From the human T2T-CHM13v2.0 reference genome, Homo sapiens, in NCBI RefSeq assembly GCF_009914755.1, contig NC_060926.1: 64,000 nt of DNA; one strand, written 5' to 3'. Position 1 is the first letter of the stretch, and every line of letters begins with the position of its first letter. Under the pieces are notes generated by a model. The model saw only the letters and a list, made by a program, of their open reading frames with translations. It had not been told where the DNA came from and did no database searches. The position numbers and the translations under genes are program-made. Below are positions 39,951-56,341 of this stretch, one piece after another.

Positions 39951-42900
39951 TTTCCTAGAAACATTTGTACCCCAGGCCTATGTTTCATTATAGAAGGGAA
40001 AGCTTTTATCTTTGTATAGGGAAATTTATGCATTCCTGTAAAGATAGGGACCATTCTGGAGTAGGGCTCGTGAAGATTCCTTTTCCCTTGAAACTGTTAC
40101 TTGGGGTGACATCCACACTTGTGTATAAGCCCAATGACACCTTTTGCCTCTTTTGAAAGATAAATATATGTACCTTTGCAGTTGAAGGGGCTAGTTTGCC
40201 AAACGGCACAGCTTTTGCCCTCATCGGCTTTGAGAGTTTTCAGATTTCTCTCAGAAATTCTCTGTGATTGATTGATTGATAATAAATCTATTCATTTATT
40301 TAATGAATATTTATTGTGTTTGGTATTATTAGAATTGCTAGAAATATCATGATGAACAGTATATACATGGTACCTAACTCCTGAGAGTTAAAAATTTAGA
40401 AAATTAATTGATCTATTACTATCAAGATACATGGAACCTTAGTTAATTCTCTTTGATCTGTGGGGTAAGATTGTCCTTCTGAGCCAAATGGGTTCAATGA
40501 CCTTTGCCCCTTTCCTTCCTTCCATTTGAGGTACTCAAATCAAATGAATTGGGTCATTCATGAAATTTGTTATAGCCTCAGGAAGAAAAGTTCTATTTAA
40601 ATCCAAATCATTAGCACCAATAAATCTAAAAATAGACATATAAATTCATAATGCATTTAAATAACTCTAAAATAAATATGTGTGTTGATTAAGCAGTGCC
40701 ATAATTGGAACTCTGTGGGTGGAAGTGGGATGAGGGGGAGATAAAATCACCTTTCTTCTAGTCCTTATTAACCACCAAAATTTAAGAAGTGTTACTTGGA
40801 AGAATAATTGTGAGAGCGTCTCTGATTACAAAGGGCAGGCTAATGTGATTAGTTTCTATGAGACATTTTTGCAAACTGTATGTGCATTTCCTTTGAGTCT
40901 ATTTCTTATTGTTATTGTTAAAATTTTTGTTAAATTGCTAAAATCTCATAGCAGTCGGGTAGCTTTTGTGAGAATAGTGCTAAATGTGGAGCTTGGGTAC
41001 ACTCAGGTAATCATAGAAATATGAATGGTGCTCATGGATTAGCATCCACTTTTTCTCCAATTTCATGCACTTTGTAGGCCGTGGTGCCTCATTCTTATTG
41101 TGTGATACATAAAGGCTCAGTACTTAGAGATTTTCTGTTTTTAGTGTGAACCCCTTATTTTCTCCCCAATAAGAGCTATCTTTGTAACACCCACATATTT
41201 TAAATTAAAGAAAACATAAATACATGCAAAACTGTCATTGGCTTTTAAGGTATTATATAAGTGATTAAATTTTATCACGAAGAGACAACCAGCTAATGGT
41301 TTTAGTAGAACACATAAAACCTCATAAAATCCAAAAGTTAAATTTTGTCATATAATGAGCATCACTTAGAGAAACCAACAGAGTTTCCTTTTCCCCCTGA
41401 ATAAATTCTAAACAGTCCTTAGAAAATGAATTACTGGACTGCAAATCAGGATGAAATATTTTATAGCTGTAAAACTAAAGCTACTTTCAGACCACTTAGT
41501 TGGAGGAGAAAAAAACAGGAGGGAGAGCAACTTGTCAACCCTGTTGTTGTGGCATCCCTGCCAATGGCATCAGATGCTTGGCTCTGCCTCTGCCTCCATT
41601 TTAACAGTTTGACCTTGTTTAGAACAACCTGAATCTAATCGCCAGGCCTCCCTCACAATTCCCCCACCCATAATAGAAAGCACACCCCTCCGAGAGCGCA
41701 TTCAGCTGGAGCTTTGCCAATAGAAGTAATTACATGATGAAACTATTTAACTTTGACTAAAATACTCTCACCAGGTTCTTGCAAACGGTGTGTCTTATAT
41801 CTTGTCGAAGCAATTTTATATCATGCCTTTAAAGTACAGTAATGGCCCCTTGCATTGACAGAATCCTCGTAAAAGGAGAAGACCAAGACCTGGCTCATGA
41901 AGTGGTATTGATTTTCTGAGTTCCTGCTCGAGTTGCCAAAGATACAACACTGTTGTTAGGGAGAAGAGATGCTTTGGCCTTCAATATCACAGGAGGGTTC
42001 CTCAGTAAGCACAGGCATCAGGAGGCCACAGTGATAAATAATGTATTGGGGTGATAACTGCCTGTAGTACTTGGTTAGTTTTAAAGTGACTCAGCACTTG
42101 TTCATCCCAAATGCTTCTTGATGTCACCGGTGGCTGTGGAGGACTGTTCTATATATAAATAGTGCCCAGACTCTAAGAGAGTGCCTCTTGAGGGTTAATT
42201 TACATGAATGATTTATTTTAGGCAGAATTTTCTAAATTTTAATCACTAAGAACAATGAACAGATTCAACTTCTAGCTAGAGTGATGGCTTCAATTTGTTG
42301 CTTAAAGAGAGTTTAAACATGTCTGCAGATCCGTAACTATATCTAATACAGGTTAAGTTAGTTTTTAGTCATTTCTAGTAAGTCCATGTGAAAAAGATTT
42401 ATAACCTTGAGCATAGCTCTACATATGTCATTACAGACAGCAAGCAAAGGAAGCCAAGCATCTTGATCAGACGCTTGCAAAATATACATTTATACCGACC
42501 TACTTAAGTGCATACAACTTAATCTTCACTTTTTTCCATTTTACATTGATAAACTGCACAATGTCTAATATTGAATAAAAGTAGGAAGATGGATCTCTGA
42601 CAATTTTCAAGAAAAATTGAAAGTTATGTTTTTTAATCTGTTGAGAATATGAATACCTATACTCAAAAACTTTTTTTCCCTTTGGCGGTGATGGGGGATG
42701 TGCTACAGAGATGCAAATAATAGGAATAGCATTATATTGACATGGTTCTGAACCACACAGTATGTGTCCTTAACTCCAGCCCTCACAGGGCTCATATGAG
42801 CACCCTATGAGAGGGAACCAGCAAGCACATGTGGTCACCTCTCACTCAGAAGACAGAGAAGGAAAACAAGAAGCAGAGGAAAAAACTGCAGCCCCTCTGT

Positions 42901-44139
42901 TAATTAAAAAGATATTGCCCATTCGTTTCTCTCTCCTCCCGGTTCCAACAAAAAGGAGGCCCTAGCAATTTGACTGTGATCAGGTGTACAGGTTGTACAC
43001 TGCTTAATTTTCAGGAATTTCACTAAAGTCACAGGGCTTTTATTGAAACACCTTTGTTTGGTGGACGGGGTACTGTCTGCTTTGTAGTCTGCATGAACAG
43101 TGTCACTGGAATCATGCAGTGCTCAGCCAGCATGGACATATGCAGCCACCATGGTGGAAGAGAAGTGATGTAATGAGATGTTCCTGCCTCAACCTCCTCA
43201 TCCTCACTGGAAGCTGTTAGAGGCCACAGATAACTCCAGCCTGGTCTTGGGAGAGAAGAACTTAGAATCAAAGCTGAAATTGAAGTTTTAAAATAAATAG
43301 GAGTGGGTCTTAAATGAGGCAATTCTAACTACCAAAAGGAACTGCAGACTTAGGAAATCAGACCAAGATGTTAAGAGAATGATTTACCAGGGGAAGAAGA
43401 CAGTTGGACATGGTAGAATTAGGGGTCAGCTATAGAAAAGAAATTAAACTGTTTTGTTTCCACTTCAATGTGTTACAACACATGTAAAATGAGGTACATA
43501 TGAAATGAGGAGATTATGGCTTTTATTTACTGCAGTCAGATAGTATTTTTTTCAGGTCCAAATCCATACTGATTTTCTCATGAGGCTAAGAAAAGTTACT
43601 TGCCTGGAAATCAGCTTTGCTCGAGTTTGTACTCCACTTCCAGTAACAAGGTTTTCTCCTTGTCCTATGACTGCTGTGCATCCTATTTCCAAGGATGGGC
43701 TATCACTTACTCCTCGGTCAGAATCCAGTCTTTTTGTGTTTCTGTATAACCTAATGCCTTCACAGCTGTGATCCTAATTTACTCTAAACAGTTGACTGAA
43801 TCTCCCTCCTTTATCAGGGCCTTACTTTATCTGATGCCAACAATGTAAGGGCTCATTGAAATTCATATGGAGAGCCCCTCAAGCTAATTGATGTTGTTGG
43901 AGATGAGTTGGTGCAGGGCCTTTGAGGGCCTTGCTGTTTGGTCAGCAGCCTCTCAAGACACTGCATACCTTATTTCAGGTGGAAGGAAGCATTTTGTCAG
44001 TCCCAATACCACCCAACACTTACCATGTGGTTGCCAAGGAATGCTGTGATTCGTGGAGATGATCATGTTCTTGTTCTAAATGTTCTGTCATCTTAGATGG
44101 ACGATCTAAGGATAGTTAAGGGTCCATTAGCCTGGGGCA

Positions 44140-44460
44140 AATGAGGAGGCGGTGCCCTCTGCAACTTGATGGAGGTCAGCTAAGGACAAATGAAAGATAA
44201 CACTAATTCACACAGTGGGTAATAAAATGAGGGACCTCATTATCCTAAAAGGTGATACTGGCAGGAAATATAAATGGATTTTAAAAGGGTTTGGACAAAT
44301 TTATGAATGACAGATTCATAAATGGTTCTAGAGAGAAGTGGGATGCAGTCAACCTTTAAGGTAGATGTCAGAGAGGACAGTCATGCCTTCTTGGGCCCTG
44401 CCCCTTAGAGCTTCTCTTGGCAATAGGACCTAGAATTGGAGGGAACACAGGCATGGGTGA
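44140..44460 (+). mobile_element. CR1-family (Plat_L3/L3b-like) 3' ORF2 fragment
   Basis: AGGACAAATGAAAGATAACACTAATTCACACAGTGGGTAATAAA...GAAATATAAATGGATTTTAAAAGGGTTTGGACAAATTTATGAATGACAGA. Confidence 0.6.
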
Positions 44461-47129
44461 TCAGTCTATTCCAGGCTGAGAAACACAAAGGCAGCAGCAT
44501 GATGTGCTGGGGAGAATATGGGCTTTGGAGCCACACTACATTTCAGCTAGGTATCTCTGGGAAAAGTCAGGTGTCTGAAAAAAGGAGGAATAACATGCAA
44601 TATGCACCTTGTCCAGTTTTGGGGATCAAAGAAATTATGTGTAAACTCTATTACGAGTCTAATACATGGTATGCACTCAAAAATTATAACTACCACTATT
44701 TAAGTAAATCCATGGAAATGAAAATGACACTCTTTGCTACTTTCCAAGCACAGTCACTTGTGCTGGGCTGGTAGATTCATCACATAATTATAAATAGTGC
44801 CCATAACTAGATATTTCATCTATGGAATTTGCATATTTTAGAAGACCATTACCCAGGGAATCTTGGTAAGCTGACATTGCTTTGAAGAGATTGATTCCAA
44901 GAGCAGCCTTAGGTATTGTGATTCCTTGATGTAATTTCAGAGACTTTGGAAAGTATTAGGTATCCACACCCCAGTCTCACGCCTCTTCCACGTCTTACCT
45001 CTTTGCAGAATTTTTTATATAAAGGACAAGACTTCTTATAGCTTTGAAAGTTTTCCAGATTCCTTTTTGAGGAAAGAAAAGATACATCTAATGAGAACTG
45101 CTCATCAGCATCGCAGCCACTACCACCCTGCTGAAGAATTTGAACTTTGAGAAGTTTACCAAAAATAAATAAATAAAAATGTAAAAATCTTTGTAATGCT
45201 AAAGTTGATAAGATTTAGAGGTAGGTGACACATTTGTTTAGGAAATTACTCTGAGGAGTTCTATTTCCTGAGAAGGAAAAACTCTTCTGAACTTAATGAA
45301 AATAATTAAGAGAAAGCAATCACATAGTTTTGTAAAATGTATTCACCAAGTAATTTAAAAAATATATATAATTTGTGTTTTACAGTGGCAGTCAATAAAG
45401 GAGAGGGACAAGAGCCTTTTGCTTCAGTGTCTAGGGAACAAAATGACCAGTAAGAAATTTCCTGGGACAGGGATGGCCAAAGGACTTAAAGATTAATGAT
45501 ATTTGGTTTTCTATTTTAGGTTGTTCTTATTTTGTGCTATGCCATGGCCTCTTCTGTTTTACCCAAACTATAAATTAAAGTTAGGCACACACAATAACTT
45601 TGTACTGATACAGTGCCTGAGAGAACGAAAAGCACAGAGATGAGGATGCACATGGATTGGTAAAGTGGTCTAGGAAAGAGGAGTAGTCTGAGAAGGCATG
45701 ACTGTATATGTAAAGGAATCAATGGGAGTGACCAAGAAAGTAAGACTCCTCTTTTTTTCCTGGACATTCCCAAATATTTTCAGGATCGAACTACTTTTCC
45801 ATGTGTAGGACTGGGCTGAGTCATTTCATTAGGACATTTAGAGAGGAATATGACCCTAAAAAGTGGGAGGAGGACTTGGGACAATCATATTATATGGATG
45901 TTATCAGTCAAATCCCATTGAAATGAATGAAACTTTAAGATCCCAAAGTTGATGATATATGTTAATTTAACCACTGTAAATTATGGAGACATGTACCAAA
46001 GCAAATAATACAAGTCAAATTAATATTATTATTTACACATGCACAGTGCTTGAAACTTTACAAAATACTTTCATCTCTATTATATATTTGACTAAACCAC
46101 CCTCTGAAATAGGTAGCAAATTATGGCAATTTTATATTTTACCAAATGTAGGTACCCAGAAATCTCATCTTTCAAGAAGTTATACTTCACTGTATGCAGG
46201 TAATGCTTTGGATATTTTTTTAGGTTAAACATTTGACTCACAGAGTTGGTTAGAGAACCCACATGGAATGAAATGTTGGTTTTGTTACAATTTGTGAACC
46301 CTGGTATTCAACATTAATTTAGAAAATGTAGAGGGGACATTTGCTGAGCCAAATACACAGGTCTCTGGTATCTTGGACACACAGAACAATATGTAAAGTA
46401 ATAGCAAAAACAAACAGCTTAGGAAAAGCAAAGCAAGGTATTTTTGTAATTCCTGAAAAGGATTTACAACCTATATAAACATGAATCATAAACCCATCGG
46501 CAAATAGATCCAAGCTCTTTCAGGAAGATGTTTCGTTGATATATGGGAACCAAAAACTCAGGATAAGAGAGAGGGTCAACAACAAAAAAAAAGATTCACA
46601 TTACTCAAAACACATAATACCGTGGTAAATGATTATTCTGACATTTTAGTTATAGATATTTGATTTTAATTTCCTCAGCACCTGTGCTCACTTTCTAGGG
46701 AGAAGGCATGCCAGTAATCCTCTCAGAATTTGGGGGGTTATATATCCTTATGGAAGGCCTCCGCTTTAAAATATTAGAAAAGTTCCTCTATTAACTTTCT
46801 CCTGTATGCCCACTAGAATGTGTCAAATTGTCTCTATTAAGTGGGACATAAAGGCATCTAATCCAAGCTTTGTGACATACTAGGTGAGTGGCCTTGAACA
46901 AGTTGCTTATATTCATCCATTTATTCAATTAATCAGTAGATATTTATTGATTTCCTATCACATTTTAAACACCATATTTATCACAATGGTCAAAGTGAAC
47001 ATGAGAAAACATAGCACTTACCGTTTAGGAAAGTGCTTGAAATAGGAAAGAAGAGTTTAGAATAGTGTCTGGCATCCAGGAGGTCCTCTAATAAATGTGT
47101 CTAATGAATAAAAGAAAACCCGGAAAATA

Positions 47130-48260
<1,131 letters not shown>

Positions 48261-50326
48261 TCCTGGCATGAACTTTCAGGGACTCTCTTGGCTGAGAAGA
48301 CAGTTATACACGGTTGCCTCTGCCGGGATTCTAGGCCCTCTGTAACATGAATTCAATTTAACATTTGGGTATTACTCCTCATTACTGTTCTGTTCTACAG
48401 AAACCCTTCATTTTAGCCAAAGTAATTGCATTGTTTCTAAAACCAATTTCATCTCTTCTTATTCTTTCCCCTTTGCCCAGGGCTATTCTTCCACATCCTC
48501 TTGGGTTTTTCTCCCATTCTGCCACCTCTCTCCTTCTGTTAAATTTTTCCCTGCTCTTCAAACTCCATGTATTCTCTCAGTGCTCTTGAAACCCTCAACT
48601 GTGTTCCTCTCCACACTTTTTATTCACGATATGTCATTCATGCCTGTTTTGTGGCATTTTTGTATATTTTATCATATACAGTTCTTTATGTACTTGCTCA
48701 TTGCCCATAATAAGCAGTAACATCTCTGAAGACAGAGGATGTGTCTCCTCATTAGTATTTTTCATATTGACACTTTAATTTTTATCAAATTGAATTGAGG
48801 GATTAATGAGATATTCCATTGTGCTCATTAAATGCAGGGAAAAAGGCAAAAGCAGCATTAAGAAATTGAGTATATTTCACATGCAAGTTACTAGGAGAAT
48901 GAGGACTCCTTTCTTTCAAAATCAGGAACAAGAGGAGAACACAGTTTGGAGATGAAATTAATATATTTGGGCGGGATTCATTTCGGTACCATCGGCCATC
49001 CAGGTGGCAGTATACAAAAGGAGGTGGCTGCACGTAATGCTTATTTTAGAGAGAGCTGGAACTTAAAATACAAAGATACACTTTTCTCAATTTATTTCAT
49101 ATTTCATTTTATACATTTTGAGGCCAGACTGAGGTAGCACATGGGTAATAAATAGGTGAAATGATTACTTTCTATGTGTAAACACTGTGTGAAGTGAAAT
49201 TGGGTAAGAAACTGGCTAACAGGTTTCAATCTCCCGTTATTCATTACAAAGATCACATAGTGGAAATCTTATTTTCTCAAGAGAGGCAAGTTGGTGATAG
49301 TCACACTTCTGTTCCTTTGTTTTGTGAATATTGCTCTTGGTTCTCTCTAGGGCTGGCTGACGTTCAGTAGCTGTCCCATGCCTGTGTGGTCATTTATGTT
49401 TTACAAGATATTGAAATCCTTCCCCATTGAATGTTAGATCATTTATGCCCCATGGGAGTGCCTTCTTGCCATTACCCTGAAATCCGAAACCCCACTCTTA
49501 GAACCACTTTTTCCTCACTGCCTCCTCCCATCTTCTTAACCTCAGACTTCCTCAAGATCTGACAACTAAATGTTGATACCTGACAAGGTAGAGCTCTCGA
49601 TGATCTGGTTATAGCTCTGGGCCTGGTGGGGTCTACACACAACTGGATTATCCCCAGATTCTCAGCCATCACATCTTTGAATCCACACAAAGCATGGTTG
49701 AGGTGCCCCCTCTCTTATTTGAACAATGAGTTCATCACTTGTCCATCTGAACATGAACCTTCTGCATCCATAGAGTGCTACGCAGTCTCAATAAGTGGTT
49801 AATACATTAAACCGGAGCTACAAAAGCTCGTGATGTTGAAGAGGTTCATTGTAAAAAAATACTGTAAAAAATTATCTCAGAGAGGACAAATATATGCAAA
49901 CCCTGTTTGTTTCCATGTTTGCATTTAAAAGTGGCGAAGGCTACTTAATGAGAGATGACAAAGAATGCCCATTTGTGAATTTAAATCTGATTTGTTTTAG
50001 TATAGTTTTTACCAAGTAAAGCACTGAGGGAAGCTCTGTGCTACTGCTGTTACTGGTGTTATTTAACTTATCTGTACTTTCTAATAAAAAAGGTGAAGAA
50101 ATAAAAAACTATTGATCTTTATTTATTGACTTCCTTGTGAGGATAGTTAAAGTTGACACAGATCAATCACAATAAAGCTAAATGGATGATATAGTGTAAC
50201 ACAACCTAGGGTTGCAAGTGGAGTTTTAATTATGGGAACATTAATGTTTTTCTGCATGCAAATTGGGTAGGAATGGGATTTTCTAAGTACACAGGGACCA
50301 GGGAACAGAGTTTACAGAATTCTTAC

Positions 50327-50361
50327 CATCTCCACACATGCTTCAGCAAAGTTTCCAGCTC
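50327..50361 (-). other. Candidate 35-nt internal exon
   Basis: Minus strand reads CTTCCTTTTCTTCCTCCTTTTCTCTGCTCCCCAAG|GAGCTGGAAACTTTGCTGAAGCATGTGTGGAGATG|GTAAGA in apparently non-repetitive sequence. Confidence 0.45.
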
Positions 50362-51411
50362 CTTGGGGAGCAGAGAAAAGGAGGAAGAAAAGGAAGTCAA
50401 ATAGCCATTTCTCAAATTTCTCATTAAATCTGTGTTTTACCCTGTTCCTCTTTGGAAATCCTAAATGAGATTAATATCTGACATTGTTAAGAAAGAGAAA
50501 AGGGAGATACACAAAGGTGGTGAAGCAGCCTACCAAAAGCAGAATATCAGCCTTGAGCTTCAAAGAAATATTGTAAATAATTAGAAAATATTGTAGCTTC
50601 AAGTGCACACATCAACCCCATACACCACATCAGGAGAGTCATTTTCCCTCTGCTTTTTACTCTCATCACTTTTCTATGTTTCTAAGCTGTCAGGGGAAAA
50701 AAACAATCTCTGTTGGAAGAAAAGAATGTTACCAATGGAGAGTTCTCATCTTCTTTTTTATATTTTATTTTTATTTATTTATTTTAATTTTTGTGGGTGC
50801 ATAATAAGTGTATATATTTATGGCTTACATGAGATAAGGCATGCAACATGTAATAATCACATCAGGATAAATGTATTTATTTTTTGTGTTACGAACAATG
50901 CAATTATATCTTCTAGTTATTTAAAAATGTACAATTAAATCATTTTTTACTATAAACACCCTGTTGTGCTAGGAAATAGGTCGTATTAGTTCTTTCTATC
51001 TACTTTTTTGGTACCCATTAACCATCCCTACTCCCCCAAAACCACTGCCCTTCCCAACTCTGGTATCCATCTTTCTACTCTCTATCTCGTTGAGTTCAAA
51101 TATTTTCATATGTATCTTTCACAAATAAATGATAACATGCAAACTTTGCCTTTCTGTGCCTGGGCTATTTCACTTAACATAATAACCTCCAGTTCCATCC
51201 ATGTTATTGCAACTAACAAGGTCTCATTCTTTTTTATGACTGAATAGTACTCCATTGTGTATGTTTACTGCATTCCATTATCCATTCATCTGTTGACGGA
51301 CACTTCAGTTGCTTCCAAATCTTAGCTATTGTGAATAGTGCTGCAGTAAGCATGAGAGTGCAGATATCTCTTCAATATACTGATTTTCTTTCTTTTGGGC
51401 ACATACCTAGA

Positions 51412-52377
51412 TGTGGGCGGAGGATTACCTAGGTGCCGAGGCAAGAGACTGAAGGCACAAACTGTTCCAGTATAATAAAGAAAATAGTTAGAATAAGAAT
51501 AGTCATAATACAAATTAGATATAGAGATGATCATGGACAATTATCAATCATTATTATAAACATTATTAATCATTAGCTTTTAATATTACTCTTTGTTGCA
51601 TTACTAATATAACCTAGAAATAACTGGCGGGTATAGGGTCACGTGCTGAAGGGACATTGTGAGAAGTGACCTAGAAGGCAAGAGGTGAGCCTTCTGTCAT
51701 GCCCACATAAGGGCCACTTGAGGGCTCTTTGGTCAAGCGGTAAAGCCAGTGTCTGGGAAGGCACCCGTTACTTAGCAGACCGCGAAAGGGAGTCTCCTTT
51801 CCTTGGAGGAGTCAGGGAACACTCTGCTCCACCAGCTTCTTGTGGAAGGCTGGATATTATCCAGGCCTGCCCGCAGTCATCCAGAGGCCTAAACCGCTCC
51901 CTGTGGTGCTGTGCTTCAATGGTCATGCTCCTTGTCCACTTTCATGCTCCTCCCATACTCCTGGTTCCTCTTTGAAGTTCGTAGTAGATAGCAGTAGAAG
52001 AAACAGTGAAAGTCTTAAAGCCTTTGAGCTTTCTTATAAGTGCAGAGAAGAAAACGCTGACATATGTTGCCTTCTCTCTCTGCTTCAGCTACCTAAAAGG
52101 GAAGGGTCTCCTATCCTGTAATCACATGACTTCCTTCACCTTGTCAATCACTTAGAAGATTCGCCCTCCTTACCCTGCCCCCTTGTCTTGTATGCAATAA
52201 ATATAATCCAGCCCAGACTTTCGAGGCCACTACCGGTCTCTGCATCTTGATGGTAGTGGTCCCCTGGGCCCAGCTGCTTTCTCTTTACCTCTTTGTCTTG
52301 TGTCTTTATTTATTACAATCTCTCGTCTCCGTACACGGGGAGAACACCTGCTAAGCCCCGCAGGGCTGGACCCTACA
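51412..52377 (+). mobile_element. Solo LTR13A (HERV-K HML-4 LTR), 966 bp
   Basis: TG...CA termini (TGTGGGCGGAGGATTACCTAGGTGCCGAGGCAAGAGAC ... GGGCTGGACCCTACA); 6-bp TSD CCTAGA / CCTAGG; AATAAA at 52196-52201. Confidence 0.88.
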
Positions 52378-52704
52378 CCTAGGAGTGAGATTGCTGGATT
52401 GTATGATAGCTAAAGTTTTAGTTTTTTGAGGAACCTCCAAAATTCTTCACTGTAAATTAGTGGTTATACTAATTTATGTTTCCACCAACAATTTATGATG
52501 GTTCTCTTTTCTCCACATTTTTGTCAGCATTTGTTATTGGCTGACTTTTAGATAAAAGCCATTTTAAGTGGAGTGAGATGATATCTCATTATAATTTTTA
52601 TTTCCATTTCCCTGATGATCAGTGATGTTGAGCACCTTTTCATACACCTGTTTGCCATTTGTCTTCTTTTGAGAATTGTCTATTCAGATCTTTTGCCTAT
52701 TTTT

Positions 52705-52900
52705 TGTTTTTTTTTAATGAAGGAAAAAAGGTATATACTTTAATATACTACTTAGATACATTAGATAATATTATAACACAGCTCCCTCTCCTGTTGTCCT
52801 TCTTTATACTTGAGCCTTTTGTCCCAATTATTTAATTGAACCTAAAATTTTAAAGTTCTCTTAGAATAAATCTTTACTTTGACAAATAGCAAGATTAACT
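52705..52900 (-). other. L1-mediated 3' transduced sequence with its own poly(A) tail
   Basis: Non-L1 sequence between the L1PA tail and a second T-tract, inside the TSD; minus-strand ATTAAA (52739-52744) lies 23 nt before the tail. Confidence 0.75.
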
Positions 52901-54461
<1,561 letters not shown>

Positions 54462-56049
54462 TTATATATTCTGGTTAATAATCCTTTGTCAGATGGGTAG
54501 TTTGCAAATATTTTCTCCCATTCTATGAGTTGTCTCTTCACTTTGTTGATTGTATCTTTTGCTCTGCAGAACCTTTTTAACTTGGTGAGAACCCATTTGT
54601 CCATTTTTGCTTTGGTTTCCTGTACTGGTAGGGTATTTCTCAAGAAATCTTTGCCCAGTCCAGCTTCCTGGAGAGTTTCCCCCAATGTTTTCTTTTAATA
54701 ATTTCATAGTCTGAGGTCTTAGGTTTGCATCTTTAATCTATTTTGATTTGATTTTTGTATATGGCAAGAGCTCGGGGTCTAGTGTCATTCTTTTGCATGT
54801 GGATATCCAGTTTTCCCAGCATCATTTATTGAGGAAACTGTCCTTTTCCCAATGTATATTCTTGTCATCATTGTCAAAAATGAGTTCACTGTAGATGTAT
54901 GGGTTTATCTCTGGGTTCTCTATTCTGTTCTGCTGATCCATGTATCTGTTTTTATGCCAGTACTGTGCTGTTTTGGTTACTGTAGCTCCGTAGTATAATT
55001 TAAAATAAGGTAATGCCATTCTTCCAGTTTTATTCTTTTTGCTTAGGAGAGCTTTGGCTATTATGGGTCTTTTGTGGTTCTATATACATTTTAGGATTTT
55101 TTTCTATTTATGTGAAGAATGTCATTGATAGTTTGATAGGGATTGCATTGAATCTGCAGATTGCTTTGGGTAGTATGGACATTTTAACAAAGTTGATTTT
55201 TCCAATCCATGAACATGGAATATCTTTCAATTTTTTGCTGTCCTCTTCAATTTCTTTCATCAGTGTTTTATAGTTTTTATTGTAGAGATCTTTCACATCT
55301 TTGGTTAAGCTAATTTCTAGCTATTTAATTTTATTTGTGGCTATTGTAAATGGGATTACTTTCTTGATTTCTTTTTCAGAATGTTCACTGTGGCATATAG
55401 AATGTTACTAATTTTTGTATGCTGTTTTTGTATCCTGCAACTTTACTGAATTTGTTTATCAGTTCTAATAGTATTATGGTGGAGTCTTTAGGTTTTTCCA
55501 AATATGAGAGATCATATCCCCTGCAAACAAGGATAATTTGACTTATCTCTTTCCAATTTGGAGGTCCTTTCTTTCTTTCTCTTGTCTGATTGCTCTAGCT
55601 AGGGCTTCCAGTATTATGTTGAGTAACAGTGGTGAAAGTGGGCATCCTTGTGGTATTCCTTATCCTAAAGGAAAGACTTTCAGTTTTTCCCCATTCAGTA
55701 TGATACTAGCTATGGGTTAATCCTATATGGCTTTTATTATGTTGAGATAAGTTCCTTTTATACCAAGTTTTTTTGAGAAGGCTTTTTTTTTTTTTGTCAT
55801 CAAGGGATGTTGAATTTTGTCAAATGCCTTTTCGGCATTAATTTAAATGATCATATGTTTTTTGCCCTTCATTCTGTTGATATGATGTATCACATTAATG
55901 ATTTACATATGTTGAACCATCCTTGCATTCCTGGGATGAATTCCATGTCATCATGATTAATGACCTTTTTAATCTATTGTTATATTTGGTTTGCGAGTAT
56001 TTTGTTGAGAGTTTTTACACCAATATGCATCAGTGATATTGACCTGTAG

Positions 56050-56341
<292 letters not shown>

